A stretch of 64,000 nt of DNA, from the IMG/VR virus record IMGVR_UViG_3300044655_001360; one strand, written 5' to 3'. The stretch is from a virus. A program made the position numbers and the translations under genes. Under the pieces are notes generated by a model. That model was not told the origin of the DNA. It worked only from the letters and a program-made list of their open reading frames with translations, and made no database searches. Shown one piece after another: positions 17,235 to 26,996 of this stretch; the first letter of the stretch is position 1, and each line of letters begins with the position of its first letter.

Positions 17235-19520
17235 TTATAAATCCCCAGTATTTGTTGATGGGAATGCACGGTTAGACCCCCAAATGATACGGACTGCGCC
17301 ATTACCACCTTCGGAATCTGGACGGCTACCATCAGAACCGCCACCGCCACCGCCACCGTACTGGCCACCATTACCACCTTGATTATTTGAAACCGATCCA
17401 GGATCACCACCGGAACCATTAGAACCACCAGAACCACCAGAACCACCAGAGTCTGATGAACCCATGCCACTGGCACCTTCGCCGAGAAGTCCAACACCGC
17501 CACCACCGCCACCGCCATGGTTAGAGCAGCCACCACCGCCACCGCCACCAGAACCATTGGAACCGAGTCGATGATAATCAGACCCATCTGCACCAGCACC
17601 ACCATTTCCAGAATAACCAGCTGCACCGCCACCACCACCGCCATATAGACTGGTAAACGCATCACCACCGTTACTACCACCATTTCCACCCCAACCACCA
17701 CCATCGCCAACAAAGTCGCCGCCGGTACCAATAAAGTTCACGGATGATCCCTTACCAGGATAACCACAGACGGTACCCGTGCTAATGAAATAACTAACTC
17801 CGCCGCTGCCACCTCCAGTACCACCGACACCAACGACTACTGTATAACTACCGCCAGGCGTTACTTGGATGTTATTTTTCCATCCTAATCCACCACCACC
17901 TCCACCAGCTTCATCTAAGGGGGAAGACCCTTGACCACTTCCACCGCCTCCAACAGCTACAACACAAACAGATGTTACTCCAGGTGGTGCTGTCCATACA
18001 TGTGTACCTGGCGTTGTGAACGCAATTTGACCTCCGCTTGGTGGCGGTGGGGCTATAGTTATTTCTATTGTATTGGTTGCCATGCTTGTTTGTATATTAC
18101 CGGCCACGTCTGTTTGTCTAACCTTTAATTGCCCTATTGGATATGTACCATTAGATACTGTAAATGAAGTACCAGACCCCGCAGTCCATGTACTACCGCC
18201 ATCGATGCTATATTCCCAGGTTGCATCTGGTTCTAATCCACTAACTGTGATCCCACCAACAGAAGAATTACCATCAGATGAACTCACACCATCATCGACT
18301 GTCAATGATAATGTACCAGAGGTTGGAGCATTGGTATCAACCGTTATAGTATACGAGTTGGTAGGTATATTTACGGTTTGTACACTACCAATCGCATTTA
18401 TTTGTCTCATTTTAATTTGACCAATACCGTACGTACCAGATGCTAACGTAAACGAATTACCTGTACCATCTACCCAGTTATTACCACCATCTATACTATA
18501 TTGCCAAGAACAACCAGAATCTAAATTGCTTACTGTTATTTGACCATTGTTAGTAATACCATCACTTGAATTAGAGCCGGTATCATATGCGAGTGAAATA
18601 GAACCAGTAGTTGGTGCAGATGTATCTATTGTTATTACTAATGGTGTACTTTGCATACTCTCATTACCCTGTGTGTCAGCTAAGGTATATGTGAAATTGT
18701 AGGTACCAGGCAATACGATGGCTGTTGGTGTTAATATACCAGATATCGAATCATAAACCGATTCAGTATACACACCATTAATATATAAGACTGGTGTAAA
18801 ATTAGTCACGTTAGTTATCTTAATACCAGGTGTAGTGTCATCGGTAATTACAGACGTGCTATTTTGACTAGTTATAGTCCCTTGGTTATCAACATATGAA
18901 ACAGCTGGTGACGGTGGTGCTGCACGATATGAATAACAACCAATGTATTTGATATAAATAGTTGGCGTTGAATTGTTATCATTTACTTGCCATATATCTA
19001 CTATAACTGGGTCCTTTCCACCAGAACCAGGTATATTAAGTTTTTTAGTATTAACCAATGGGAAATTAGGATCATATTTTATCACAGCAGTTGTGCTGGT
19101 GAATTCTATCTTTCTAGTGGTTCTATCTGTTGCGATATGCAAGCGTAATTTACCAACATTAACAGAGGTTGAATCTGTCGGGAAGTTTTTTAACTTTATA
19201 CCAACATCAGCACCAATTTGTACAGTTTGATATTGCCCATCAGTATAATCAATTTCAAACGATTGTAATTGCAACCCGGATATATCATGTCTATAAATTG
19301 CCATTCCACTATGTACTTGATTTTTAATCAAGGTATTATTGAAATTATCGGATGTATTATCAGATCTAATAGAATTAGACAACAAATCGGATAATTCCAG
19401 TTTAGCCGTAGTTAAACTGGCTTTAATTGTGTTAAAATTGTCACGAAATATCTGGCTATCATTATCATTAGCTGTTGGATAATGAATGTTTATATTTGTA
19501 TTGATTTTAGATTGTGTCAT
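17235..19520 (-). CDS. Virion fibre: shared N-terminal anchor, Ig-like repeats, glycine-rich C-terminal domain
   Basis: NDSQIFRDNF; WQYSIDGG..W..G.G.SF repeats; VAVGGGG...GGNGAVRIIW. Confidence 0.8.
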   Translation of the reverse strand: MTQSKINTNINIHYPTANDNDSQIFRDNFNTIKASLTTAKLELSDLLSNSIRSDNTSDNFNNTLIKNQVHSGMAIYRHDISGLQLQSFEIDYTDGQYQTVQIGADVGIKLKNFPTDSTSVNVGKLRLHIATDRTTRKIEFTSTTAVIKYDPNFPLVNTKKLNIPGSGGKDPVIVDIWQVNDNNSTPTIYIKYIGCYSYRAAPPSPAVSYVDNQGTITSQNSTSVITDDTTPGIKITNVTNFTPVLYINGVYTESVYDSISGILTPTAIVLPGTYNFTYTLADTQGNESMQSTPLVITIDTSAPTTGSISLAYDTGSNSSDGITNNGQITVSNLDSGCSWQYSIDGGNNWVDGTGNSFTLASGTYGIGQIKMRQINAIGSVQTVNIPTNSYTITVDTNAPTSGTLSLTVDDGVSSSDGNSSVGGITVSGLEPDATWEYSIDGGSTWTAGSGTSFTVSNGTYPIGQLKVRQTDVAGNIQTSMATNTIEITIAPPPPSGGQIAFTTPGTHVWTAPPGVTSVCVVAVGGGGSGQGSSPLDEAGGGGGGLGWKNNIQVTPGGSYTVVVGVGGTGGGSGGVSYFISTGTVCGYPGKGSSVNFIGTGGDFVGDGGGWGGNGGSNGGDAFTSLYGGGGGGAAGYSGNGGAGADGSDYHRLGSNGSGGGGGGGCSNHGGGGGGGVGLLGEGASGMGSSDSGGSGGSGGSNGSGGDPGSVSNNQGGNGGQYGGGGGGGSDGSRPDSEGGNGAVRIIWGSNRAFPSTNTGDL

Positions 19521-19543
19521 TTAAGTACCCAGCGGTAATCATT

Positions 19544-20143
19544 TTAGCTATACATCCCTTCACAGTTTATGTATATAGTTGGGGTTGCAGTTCCATTGTT
19601 TACTTGCCAGATATCCAATATTGTCGGATCCCATGTTGGAGAACCAGTGATGCTGAGTTTGGTAGTATCAACAAATGGAAATCCATCATTGTATTTTATT
19701 ACAGCATTTGTTGATGAAAATTCAACTTTTCGAGAACTAGCATTTGAGAATAAATGCAATCTTATAATACCAATCTGGTTGGCATTAGCTGTATCGATAG
19801 GGAAATTCTTCAAATTTATCGTTAAATCAGCCCCAATTTGAGCAGTTTGGTAAACTCCATTATTATAATCTACATCAAAGTTAGCAGTTTGTAATCCAGG
19901 AAACGTGTATCTTAATGTAGTTGTATTCTTAAGAACTACATTTGTTATTATCTGACCATTATAGTCAATTTCTCCGGTGTCTTTTCTAATAGTATTGGTT
20001 AGTAAATCTGATATTTCATCTTTTGCAGTTGTTAAACTGTTTTTGATAATGGAGAAATTGTCACGAAATCCTTGTAAGTCATTGTCTACCCCTGGGTATG
20101 GATATCGTTCATCGATGTTTGGATTGATTGCTGAGTTTGCCAT
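19544..20143 (-). CDS. Structural protein consisting only of the shared fibre N-terminal domain
   Basis: Colinear with the first ~195 aa of the two downstream fibre genes. Confidence 0.75.
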   Translation of the reverse strand: MANSAINPNIDERYPYPGVDNDLQGFRDNFSIIKNSLTTAKDEISDLLTNTIRKDTGEIDYNGQIITNVVLKNTTTLRYTFPGLQTANFDVDYNNGVYQTAQIGADLTINLKNFPIDTANANQIGIIRLHLFSNASSRKVEFSSTNAVIKYNDGFPFVDTTKLSITGSPTWDPTILDIWQVNNGTATPTIYINCEGMYS

Positions 20144-22822
20144 TTAATTCTCTCTATTATTTGGGAATGCGAGGTATTTATCAGCAATTTGGTCACTGAT
20201 AGCATCGATAACATAACGATCTGCGGTGAAATTAAGTGCTTTGAACTCAAAATTGCGAGACCAGTTAACAGAATTATCGGATGGTTTTGAATTTGTGTTA
20301 TTAACGGCACACGTATAGTAAAAACCAAGATATGAAACAGTGTCACCTATTTGATATGCTGCTTGATTATTCCAAGCACCACGCGATGCAGTGTGTAGTT
20401 TTGCTTTAATTCTAGCAAGTACGTTTGGTGCATTGCCTGGTTTAACATAACAAAGAACGACCACACTTGCATAACCAGCTGAGTATATACCTGTCATCCA
20501 TGCTGGAAGATATGTACTGGTATGAGCTCCTGAGTTTGCAATTCGGGCTCTCATGTTTTCAATTGAGTTAGGGAATACTTGTTGTTTATCACTATCACTG
20601 ACATACGGTATATCGCTATCGATGGTGATGGTATCAACGCTGGTTAGTATCTTTGCTTTTAAGTCATCAGATAAGTCTTGTGATGTTTCGGTGCTTATTC
20701 CTGCTATGTCGTCGATTATTTCAACATAAACCACTTCGTAAATTGGTTCTTTGGAAGATGGATCGTAAGCAGTTGCATATTTGATATCTCCAAACAACAT
20801 TTGTTTCTTGTTATGATTGCGACTTACTGCTTGTACAAAGTTAACAATATCTGAGTTTTCAACACCCGCGTAGATGAGAGTTCTCAACTCTGTTTGAACG
20901 CCGTAGTTCACGTCGCCTGGGCGGTAGAATTCATTTGCTTTAAATAAATTGCTATCTGTGATGAAGTTATACCACTCATTACGTTGTTCTTTACTCAAAA
21001 ATGCTTTTACGTACAGATTACAATACTTGGTTGGGTTTGGATCTGCTACTTTTAACGTAAATGTTCTATCTACTGCTGAAAGATTAGTTGCATCGTGTGC
21101 AGTTACTGTAAACTTATAGGTTCTGTTAAACGTGGTGTACCCAGCGTCGAATGTTATATCAAATGTAGTAACACCATTAACAATATCATAGAATCGATTG
21201 TTGTCTTCGGCTTTACCGATAATGTTACCATTGGGTAGTAAAGACAATCCTTTAGGTAAAGAACCTGATTTTAATTCGACTGAAACTTGTGCATCTGCAA
21301 GTAAACTAATTGCTTCTAGGTGTAATGTACTGTCATGATACGGTAGAATACTACCTAGATCAGCAGGAGTAACCCATTCAATAGAGCTTTCTATTTCACC
21401 TATTACATCGACAGTAAACGTTCTAGTTGAGAATACTGAATTAGTGTACCAAAGATTCTGATTATACAACTTAGGTATTTCATTTTCACTAGCTATAGAA
21501 TTTTTTTCTTTGCATATATAGATTTCATATTCATATCTCACTGCTTGATATGGAAAGTAAGTTACACCATATACTAAGTCTACTGGCGCGGTGACATACC
21601 AGTAATCAGTATAGATCTGCTTATCAATATCTTCGTCGTAGTTTGGTTTTACATTTATATTATCTTTTATGCAAATATATAGCTTTGTATCACCATTATC
21701 AATCTTTGGGTCTCTATATCTAACTGCTTGACTGGTAGTATACGCGGTCACAGCATTCCAATCACCAACCACCTTAAATGTTGGAGTTTCGAATGTAGTA
21801 TGGAACTTAGTTGCTTTTATTGTAAATTGATGTCTGGTAGTTACCGCATTTTGTTTTGGTATAGAACCTTGTAAAGTACCAGCGTGAGTATCTAATATTA
21901 ACCAATCTGGTAAACTTACATTAACAACGCTAAAAGATATTAAACCAGGTAATGTTGGTGGATCATATACTTCAAGTGGAATTGTGATCTTGTTATTTGC
22001 ACGAAATCTTCCAAGATAAGGTTCGGTAATCCAATAAGGAACTCGATGATATGATATATTGTTTTGTATTAAGAAATCGTCAGTGATAATGTAGATTTTA
22101 AACATGCGTGAAATGGAAGTTGTTCCATCTGATGCTTCTACTGAAAAAGTATAGACTCTATTCAATCTCACTGGGTTTGTATCTACTTCAGAGAAATCGT
22201 AAGTATCGATGTCGTATGAATAATCATCGAAGCCTGATACCGAGTCGGTGACAATATCTAACGGTAAAGTATCCCACGGGGTTGTATCATAACCTGCTTG
22301 CACACCATCGAAATTGAGTGCTAGAATTGGTTGAGTAAACCCAGTGATACGACCAGTTGGCGATAGGGTTAATCCAGGTGGAAACTGACCAGCGTTAGGT
22401 AATAATCTATAAGTTAATACATTACCTGCGGTTGTATCACTATCTGTTGCTTCTAATTGGAAATCAACATAACTATTATCTAATACATATTCGGTTCCAA
22501 GAACTCCCATAGGCAAAAAACCACTAGGTGTAACCCATTGTGGTTCATCTGCACCCTCTACGATTAATGTAAATGTTCTATCTGCGATATCAACACTCGT
22601 TGATGCCCTAATGACAAATTTAAATTCAGTGATATCAGCGACTTCGTGAGGAGTACCTGAGATTAAACCAGTTGAACTTAATCGCAAGCCAGCAGGTAAA
22701 TTACCTGCTAATACTTTAAACGTTACCGGTAACGTTGATAGTGCTACTAACTGAAACGAGTATGTTACAGACTCTTGTATAGTATTAATGTTACCAGCTG
22801 GTGTTACCCATTGAATTTCCAT
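20144..22822 (-). CDS. Baseplate wedge-type structural protein with Ig/cadherin-like and carbohydrate-binding-like repeats
   Basis: WVTPAG...LP.GL.LS..G.ISG repeats; W....AY..G..V.Y....Y.C modules. Confidence 0.7.
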   Translation of the reverse strand: MEIQWVTPAGNINTIQESVTYSFQLVALSTLPVTFKVLAGNLPAGLRLSSTGLISGTPHEVADITEFKFVIRASTSVDIADRTFTLIVEGADEPQWVTPSGFLPMGVLGTEYVLDNSYVDFQLEATDSDTTAGNVLTYRLLPNAGQFPPGLTLSPTGRITGFTQPILALNFDGVQAGYDTTPWDTLPLDIVTDSVSGFDDYSYDIDTYDFSEVDTNPVRLNRVYTFSVEASDGTTSISRMFKIYIITDDFLIQNNISYHRVPYWITEPYLGRFRANNKITIPLEVYDPPTLPGLISFSVVNVSLPDWLILDTHAGTLQGSIPKQNAVTTRHQFTIKATKFHTTFETPTFKVVGDWNAVTAYTTSQAVRYRDPKIDNGDTKLYICIKDNINVKPNYDEDIDKQIYTDYWYVTAPVDLVYGVTYFPYQAVRYEYEIYICKEKNSIASENEIPKLYNQNLWYTNSVFSTRTFTVDVIGEIESSIEWVTPADLGSILPYHDSTLHLEAISLLADAQVSVELKSGSLPKGLSLLPNGNIIGKAEDNNRFYDIVNGVTTFDITFDAGYTTFNRTYKFTVTAHDATNLSAVDRTFTLKVADPNPTKYCNLYVKAFLSKEQRNEWYNFITDSNLFKANEFYRPGDVNYGVQTELRTLIYAGVENSDIVNFVQAVSRNHNKKQMLFGDIKYATAYDPSSKEPIYEVVYVEIIDDIAGISTETSQDLSDDLKAKILTSVDTITIDSDIPYVSDSDKQQVFPNSIENMRARIANSGAHTSTYLPAWMTGIYSAGYASVVVLCYVKPGNAPNVLARIKAKLHTASRGAWNNQAAYQIGDTVSYLGFYYTCAVNNTNSKPSDNSVNWSRNFEFKALNFTADRYVIDAISDQIADKYLAFPNNREN

Positions 22823-23424
22823 TAGACTATAGCACCCATATCAATACCAAAAGAACTTGGTGTAGTTACTGTACCAAAATCAATTGGTGTAGTAGCTAAG
22901 TATAATTCAAATACGTTGTTTACAGCACTATCCAGTTGACCAAAGTCATACGTTTTTATGAGTTGACCAAGTGGTAAGTTACTTCTAATATTAACAACAC
23001 CTGGTATTGTTTGTCCTGGTGGAATTGAAGTACTTGGAATTGGTTGCGTGAGTGTAACATTAATATCAGCATCACCAGCAAATTTCAAGGTAGAAGTTAG
23101 TGCTGAATTGATTTCACTGGTTGCTGTTGCAACCTTTGAAAACATTGATGCGTTATTTGAAATGATAACCGAATTTGGAGTTTCATTAAACGAAATGTTT
23201 CTACCAGCGGCTAAGTCTTTAAATTTCAATGCTGAATTTTCAAGACCTGTGAATATGCTATAACCAGATGGGTTTGCTGGTGCAGTAATACTAACAGTGG
23301 TAATTGCGTTTGCAACTACTGAAAGCTCTGTGAAATTAGCATTTACTTTTTCAAATGCAGTTCTTAGGTTATCACCTAAACCGTCGTTTGCATTATTACC
23401 TATGTTAATTGTGGTTATAGACAT
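22822..23424 (-). CDS. Baseplate wedge/fibre-connector protein (T4 gp9/gp10-like N-terminus)
   Basis: INIGNNANDGLGDNLRTAFEKVNANFTEL. Confidence 0.75.
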   Translation of the reverse strand: MSITTINIGNNANDGLGDNLRTAFEKVNANFTELSVVANAITTVSITAPANPSGYSIFTGLENSALKFKDLAAGRNISFNETPNSVIISNNASMFSKVATATSEINSALTSTLKFAGDADINVTLTQPIPSTSIPPGQTIPGVVNIRSNLPLGQLIKTYDFGQLDSAVNNVFELYLATTPIDFGTVTTPSSFGIDMGAIV

Positions 23425-23435
23425 ATTGTTTCCTG

Positions 23436-23816
23436 TTATGCGCAGCCAACTGCGATTTCTATCGTTCCGATATGATCAGAACTAAACTCTTGTAGTGCTT
23501 TACCGATTATCGTACCTGCGATTGCACCGCTGGTTGGAACAACAGCTACACCTGCGATTCTTGATGTTACTAAAAGATCACCTTTTTCAACTTTACCTAC
23601 TACCCTGTATGGTGCTCTTCCATGACTAGCTACTGGGATATTAAATCCAGGAAATAGGTGTACTGGGTCTGCAATAGTCGCAACAACACCAGCAACTCTT
23701 GTATCTGAGTATTGGTTTGAAATAGTGACTTCTCGTTCACCACCGAAGATAACTACAGTTCCTACTGCATATTCTCGATCTCCGTCGTAGTGGTCAATAG
23801 TTGGGTGTACAGACAT
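23436..23816 (-). CDS. Small structural protein resembling a tail-fibre C-terminal domain
   Basis: Y..GTVV.FGG..EVT......RVAGVV...GR.P..V.G.V.KGDLLV.S...IIGKAL. Confidence 0.6.
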   Translation of the reverse strand: MSVHPTIDHYDGDREYAVGTVVIFGGEREVTISNQYSDTRVAGVVATIADPVHLFPGFNIPVASHGRAPYRVVGKVEKGDLLVTSRIAGVAVVPTSGAIAGTIIGKALQEFSSDHIGTIEIAVGCA

Positions 23817-23910
23817 TTTTGTTCCTTTAATGGTTTGTATATCTGGTATTTATCCGATTTTGGCTTAAACTAAATACGTTATCTTTAAACAATCCCCAAA
23901 GGAGCAGTAC

Positions 23911-24354
23911 ATGTTTGATTTTATCAAAAACATTTTCAAGAAAGAACCACAAGAGGAGCAAGTCGTGGAAGTAGAAGTTAAAGCGAAGCGTAAGTATAAG
24001 CCTCGCAAACCTAAAACGGAAGTTAAGGTCGAAGAATCTGTGGTGGAACCTGTTGTTGCTGAAGCACCGGCAGAACCAGTTAGAGCACGTATCATGGCTA
24101 GACAATTAGTTGGAGCTTCTACACCTGTTGCACCGGCAGAAGCGGTTGCCGAACCAGTGGTAGAAGAAGCGGTTAAAAAAGCACCGGTGAGAAAGAAACC
24201 TGCTGCTAAGAAACCAGTTGAAGTTGCGGTTGTAGAACCAGTAGTAGAAGTAAAAGTCGAACCTGTGGTTGTAGCATCGGCACCTAAGAAACCCGAAAAC
24301 AAACCAAAGGTGGTTCAGAACAAACCACCACGTGGCAAAAAGAAAAAACGTTAA
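23911..24354 (+). CDS. Low-complexity Lys/Pro/Ala/Val/Glu-rich protein
   Basis: AAGGAG RBS, CTAAATA late promoter at ~23870, terminator downstream. Confidence 0.7.
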   Translation: MFDFIKNIFKKEPQEEQVVEVEVKAKRKYKPRKPKTEVKVEESVVEPVVAEAPAEPVRARIMARQLVGASTPVAPAEAVAEPVVEEAVKKAPVRKKPAAKKPVEVAVVEPVVEVKVEPVVVASAPKKPENKPKVVQNKPPRGKKKKR

Positions 24355-24360
24355 AACACA

Positions 24361-24382
24361 AAAGGGGCTTATTAGCCCCTTT
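24361..24382. terminator. Bidirectional terminator between convergent genes
   Basis: AAGGGGCT-TATT-AGCCCCTT. Confidence 0.75.
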
Positions 24383-24384
24383 AC

Positions 24385-25080
24385 TTAATCTATTCGCTTG
24401 AGAATTTCCCAAGTATCCTTCCAATTGGCAACAGTCTCAAACGTTCCTCGACGTTGTTCGACTGTAGCATAAGCTAATGCATAATCATTACCAATTGGGT
24501 CGGTTCTATCACCAATGAATAAGATATCTCCTTTAATCCATTCTAGGACTTGTGATTTATCTGCTCCAATACTTGCTATATCAATACTAGTTTCACCACC
24601 AACAACTGCATGTAAATCAGGCCAGGTTTCATTGATGGTATTTACAATCCTAGTACGCTCGTTGTTCTTCAAATCCCAGTCGTAGTAATCTACTCTATCG
24701 CGACCTTTTGCATTTCTACCAACAATAGAAAAGTTAAGCATACCTGTGCGATGTTCAAAATGTTTACCGAAACGTTCTTCGTATGGACTTGTGAATAGTT
24801 CAGATTTTAAGTAATCCATTACGGGTTCTGGTACTGACCAAGCATGTTCATATATAATTTCGCCATTCTCACGAACAACGTTACCAGAACAACTGAATAT
24901 AAACTTCGTAGCTTCTACTATATCTGGTCCTAGTTGCTCTAAGGTTTTTTCATAATCACCACCAGAAACAAGTGATACGTTGTGGGTTCGAGCAAATCCT
25001 AGAAACCAATGACCAAATGCTGGGTTTATCTTTTCACGGCTTGGTGTTAATGTTCCGTCTACATCAAACAGATAGTGCAT
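24385..25080 (-). CDS. HAD-IIB phosphomannomutase-like protein
   Basis: FDVDGTLT, SGGD, E.R.GMLNFS.VGR, GG.TSID, DK, GD...GNDY. Confidence 0.85.
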   Translation of the reverse strand: MHYLFDVDGTLTPSREKINPAFGHWFLGFARTHNVSLVSGGDYEKTLEQLGPDIVEATKFIFSCSGNVVRENGEIIYEHAWSVPEPVMDYLKSELFTSPYEERFGKHFEHRTGMLNFSIVGRNAKGRDRVDYYDWDLKNNERTRIVNTINETWPDLHAVVGGETSIDIASIGADKSQVLEWIKGDILFIGDRTDPIGNDYALAYATVEQRRGTFETVANWKDTWEILKRID

Positions 25081-25226
25081 CTATAATCTCCAATTCAATT
25101 AAGTTTTCTGCGTTCGTAAACGGTTTGCGATCGGTTTAATGGCCGTCTGTAGTCTACCTCACGTACTTTTAACCAGGTTGCTGTTATAAGTGCCTCCAAT
25201 ACTAGTCTTAACATATATCTCTCCTT

Positions 25227-25925
25227 TTAAACCCAGTTATCAATAATGAACTGGTCTTGAACTTCGTGTGGTTTTGGTTCGCCGTGAAATACTAATACAC
25301 AGCATTCGTCTGATATAACAGGGTTGTCTACTTTAGACTCAAAGTTTCGTTTACCATCGGTTAATACTAACTCGTTTCTATTACGAACTTCCCATTTGTA
25401 ACTTTGTATCCATGAATCAGGCCAAAAGATAATTTTAGACTTGGCAATCCGCCATATCCAATCTTGGTCTCCGTGGGTTCGCATTGCTTCTTCTGGCAGT
25501 TTGATGAATTGTTCCCATATAATACCATGATCACCATGTGACCATGACATAACTGAACTATTTAAACATTTGTAGTCCTTGTTAAACTTACGATTGAAGT
25601 CACGGATACCATAGAAGTTTCCTTCTTTTGATATCAACTTATCAATATTACCAGTGATAACAACATCTAAGTCAAAATATAAGATGGTATCTTCTACAGG
25701 TAGATTAGGGTCAAACATGTGTACTTTGTACCACCAACCACGTTTATAATCTGCAGTTGGTTGTACGATAAGTCTAACGCCTTCGATTGCGGTTGGATCA
25801 TCTGTTAGGCAAACAAATTCATATGGAACTGTTAAGTACCTATTTACCATGTTACGTAGTCTAATAACGTAATCGGGGGAGTAAGCAGTTCCAAATTTAA
25901 CACATAATACGGTTATTTTCTTCAT
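25227..25925 (-). CDS. GT-A fold glycosyltransferase
   Basis: CVKFG..Y...YV, CLTDD, YFDLDVV (DxD), NSSVM, GDQ.WI, FHG.PKP. Confidence 0.8.
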   Translation of the reverse strand: MKKITVLCVKFGTAYSPDYVIRLRNMVNRYLTVPYEFVCLTDDPTAIEGVRLIVQPTADYKRGWWYKVHMFDPNLPVEDTILYFDLDVVITGNIDKLISKEGNFYGIRDFNRKFNKDYKCLNSSVMSWSHGDHGIIWEQFIKLPEEAMRTHGDQDWIWRIAKSKIIFWPDSWIQSYKWEVRNRNELVLTDGKRNFESKVDNPVISDECCVLVFHGEPKPHEVQDQFIIDNWV

Positions 25926-26931
25926 GTTGGTTAAAAAGTTGTTGAGATGCTAGGTTTTTTGATTTTGCTTCGCACATGATGTCAGCCCAAGCAAGATGAG
26001 TTAATGCCCAATCGTTAATCTTGGTGTTATTGAACATATCGCTATGTGCACGAAGTTTACTTTTGCTTGATTCCAGCAATAGGGTATCCATTGATGGTAT
26101 ATCTATGTATTTACCTAAAAACTCTTCTTTGGATTGGCTATAGTGGATAACTGGTCTAACACCTTGCCAACTATCAATAACATGCTGAATTCTTGGATCA
26201 GTGGCTTTAATGTATTCACCAGTCATAATCAAATGATGATGAATATCAAGCACGATGCCTACCTTATCTTTTAGTTCTAAAAGATCATCGAGACCTTTTT
26301 GATACTCGTCGTTTTCTAAAGTTAATGTATTTCGGAGTTCTGGACACATGCGATTCCAAGCTGCATTAAAGCCATCAGCACCTAGTTTACCACTAAGGTG
26401 TACATTGAGTTTAAAATCTAATTTGGATCGACCATAGCCCATCCAGCGTGCCATATTTGCATGGTATTCTAGTTCTTCAAGAGAACTATCAACGACTTCT
26501 GGTCTATCACTGACGATACAGCAGAACTGACCTGGGTGAAAACTCAATCTAACTTGCTTTTCACGGGCTAAATTGCCAATCTTACTGAATCCTTGTTCTA
26601 AGTAGTTGATGACGTCTGGTTGTTGATAGAAGTTACTGAAATCTTTGTGAGTATAGGCAGTTAGTACATCAGAACCTATGCGAAGCATACGTAAAGATTC
26701 TGGTAGTTGGCCAACACGTTCAACTAACTTATAGGTAGCAGTTAAGTTAGCTTGCATTAAATCGGTTAGTTTTTGTTCTGCTGCTGCCCGTGATTGACGA
26801 TTAAGCCAAGCGATTGTAGTAGTACCCATGTTTAATTCTGGTACGTTGACTACGCCTTTTGACGTTTGTTGAACGTATTTACAAGCAAATCCTATTCTCA
26901 TGATGTTCTCTGGTTGGTTTAAGTTGGGCAT
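25897..26931 (-). CDS. uvsE: UV-damage endonuclease
   Basis: IGFACK, RIGSD, RLSFHPGQF, LENDE, DIHHH, HYS, AHSD, MCEAK. Confidence 0.92.
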   Translation of the reverse strand: MPNLNQPENIMRIGFACKYVQQTSKGVVNVPELNMGTTTIAWLNRQSRAAAEQKLTDLMQANLTATYKLVERVGQLPESLRMLRIGSDVLTAYTHKDFSNFYQQPDVINYLEQGFSKIGNLAREKQVRLSFHPGQFCCIVSDRPEVVDSSLEELEYHANMARWMGYGRSKLDFKLNVHLSGKLGADGFNAAWNRMCPELRNTLTLENDEYQKGLDDLLELKDKVGIVLDIHHHLIMTGEYIKATDPRIQHVIDSWQGVRPVIHYSQSKEEFLGKYIDIPSMDTLLLESSKSKLRAHSDMFNNTKINDWALTHLAWADIMCEAKSKNLASQQLFNQHEENNRIMC

Positions 26932-26964
26932 ATACTAACTTACTAATTACATGATGTCAAACAA

Positions 26965-26993
26965 AAAACCCAGATTTTTAAGTCTGGGTTTTT
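26965..26993. terminator. Intrinsic terminator
   Basis: AAAAACCCAGA...TCTGGGTTTTT. Confidence 0.75.
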
Positions 26994-26996
26994 AAG

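Noticed and set aside
17201-17731. 176-aa Val-rich ORF
   Set aside because: Alternative-frame reading of the Gly-rich domain; only its KYLAFP tail is meaningful, as a duplication relic
25095-25214. 39-aa basic ORF as a ribosomal protein
   Set aside because: It has an RBS but no recognisable ribosomal-protein motif
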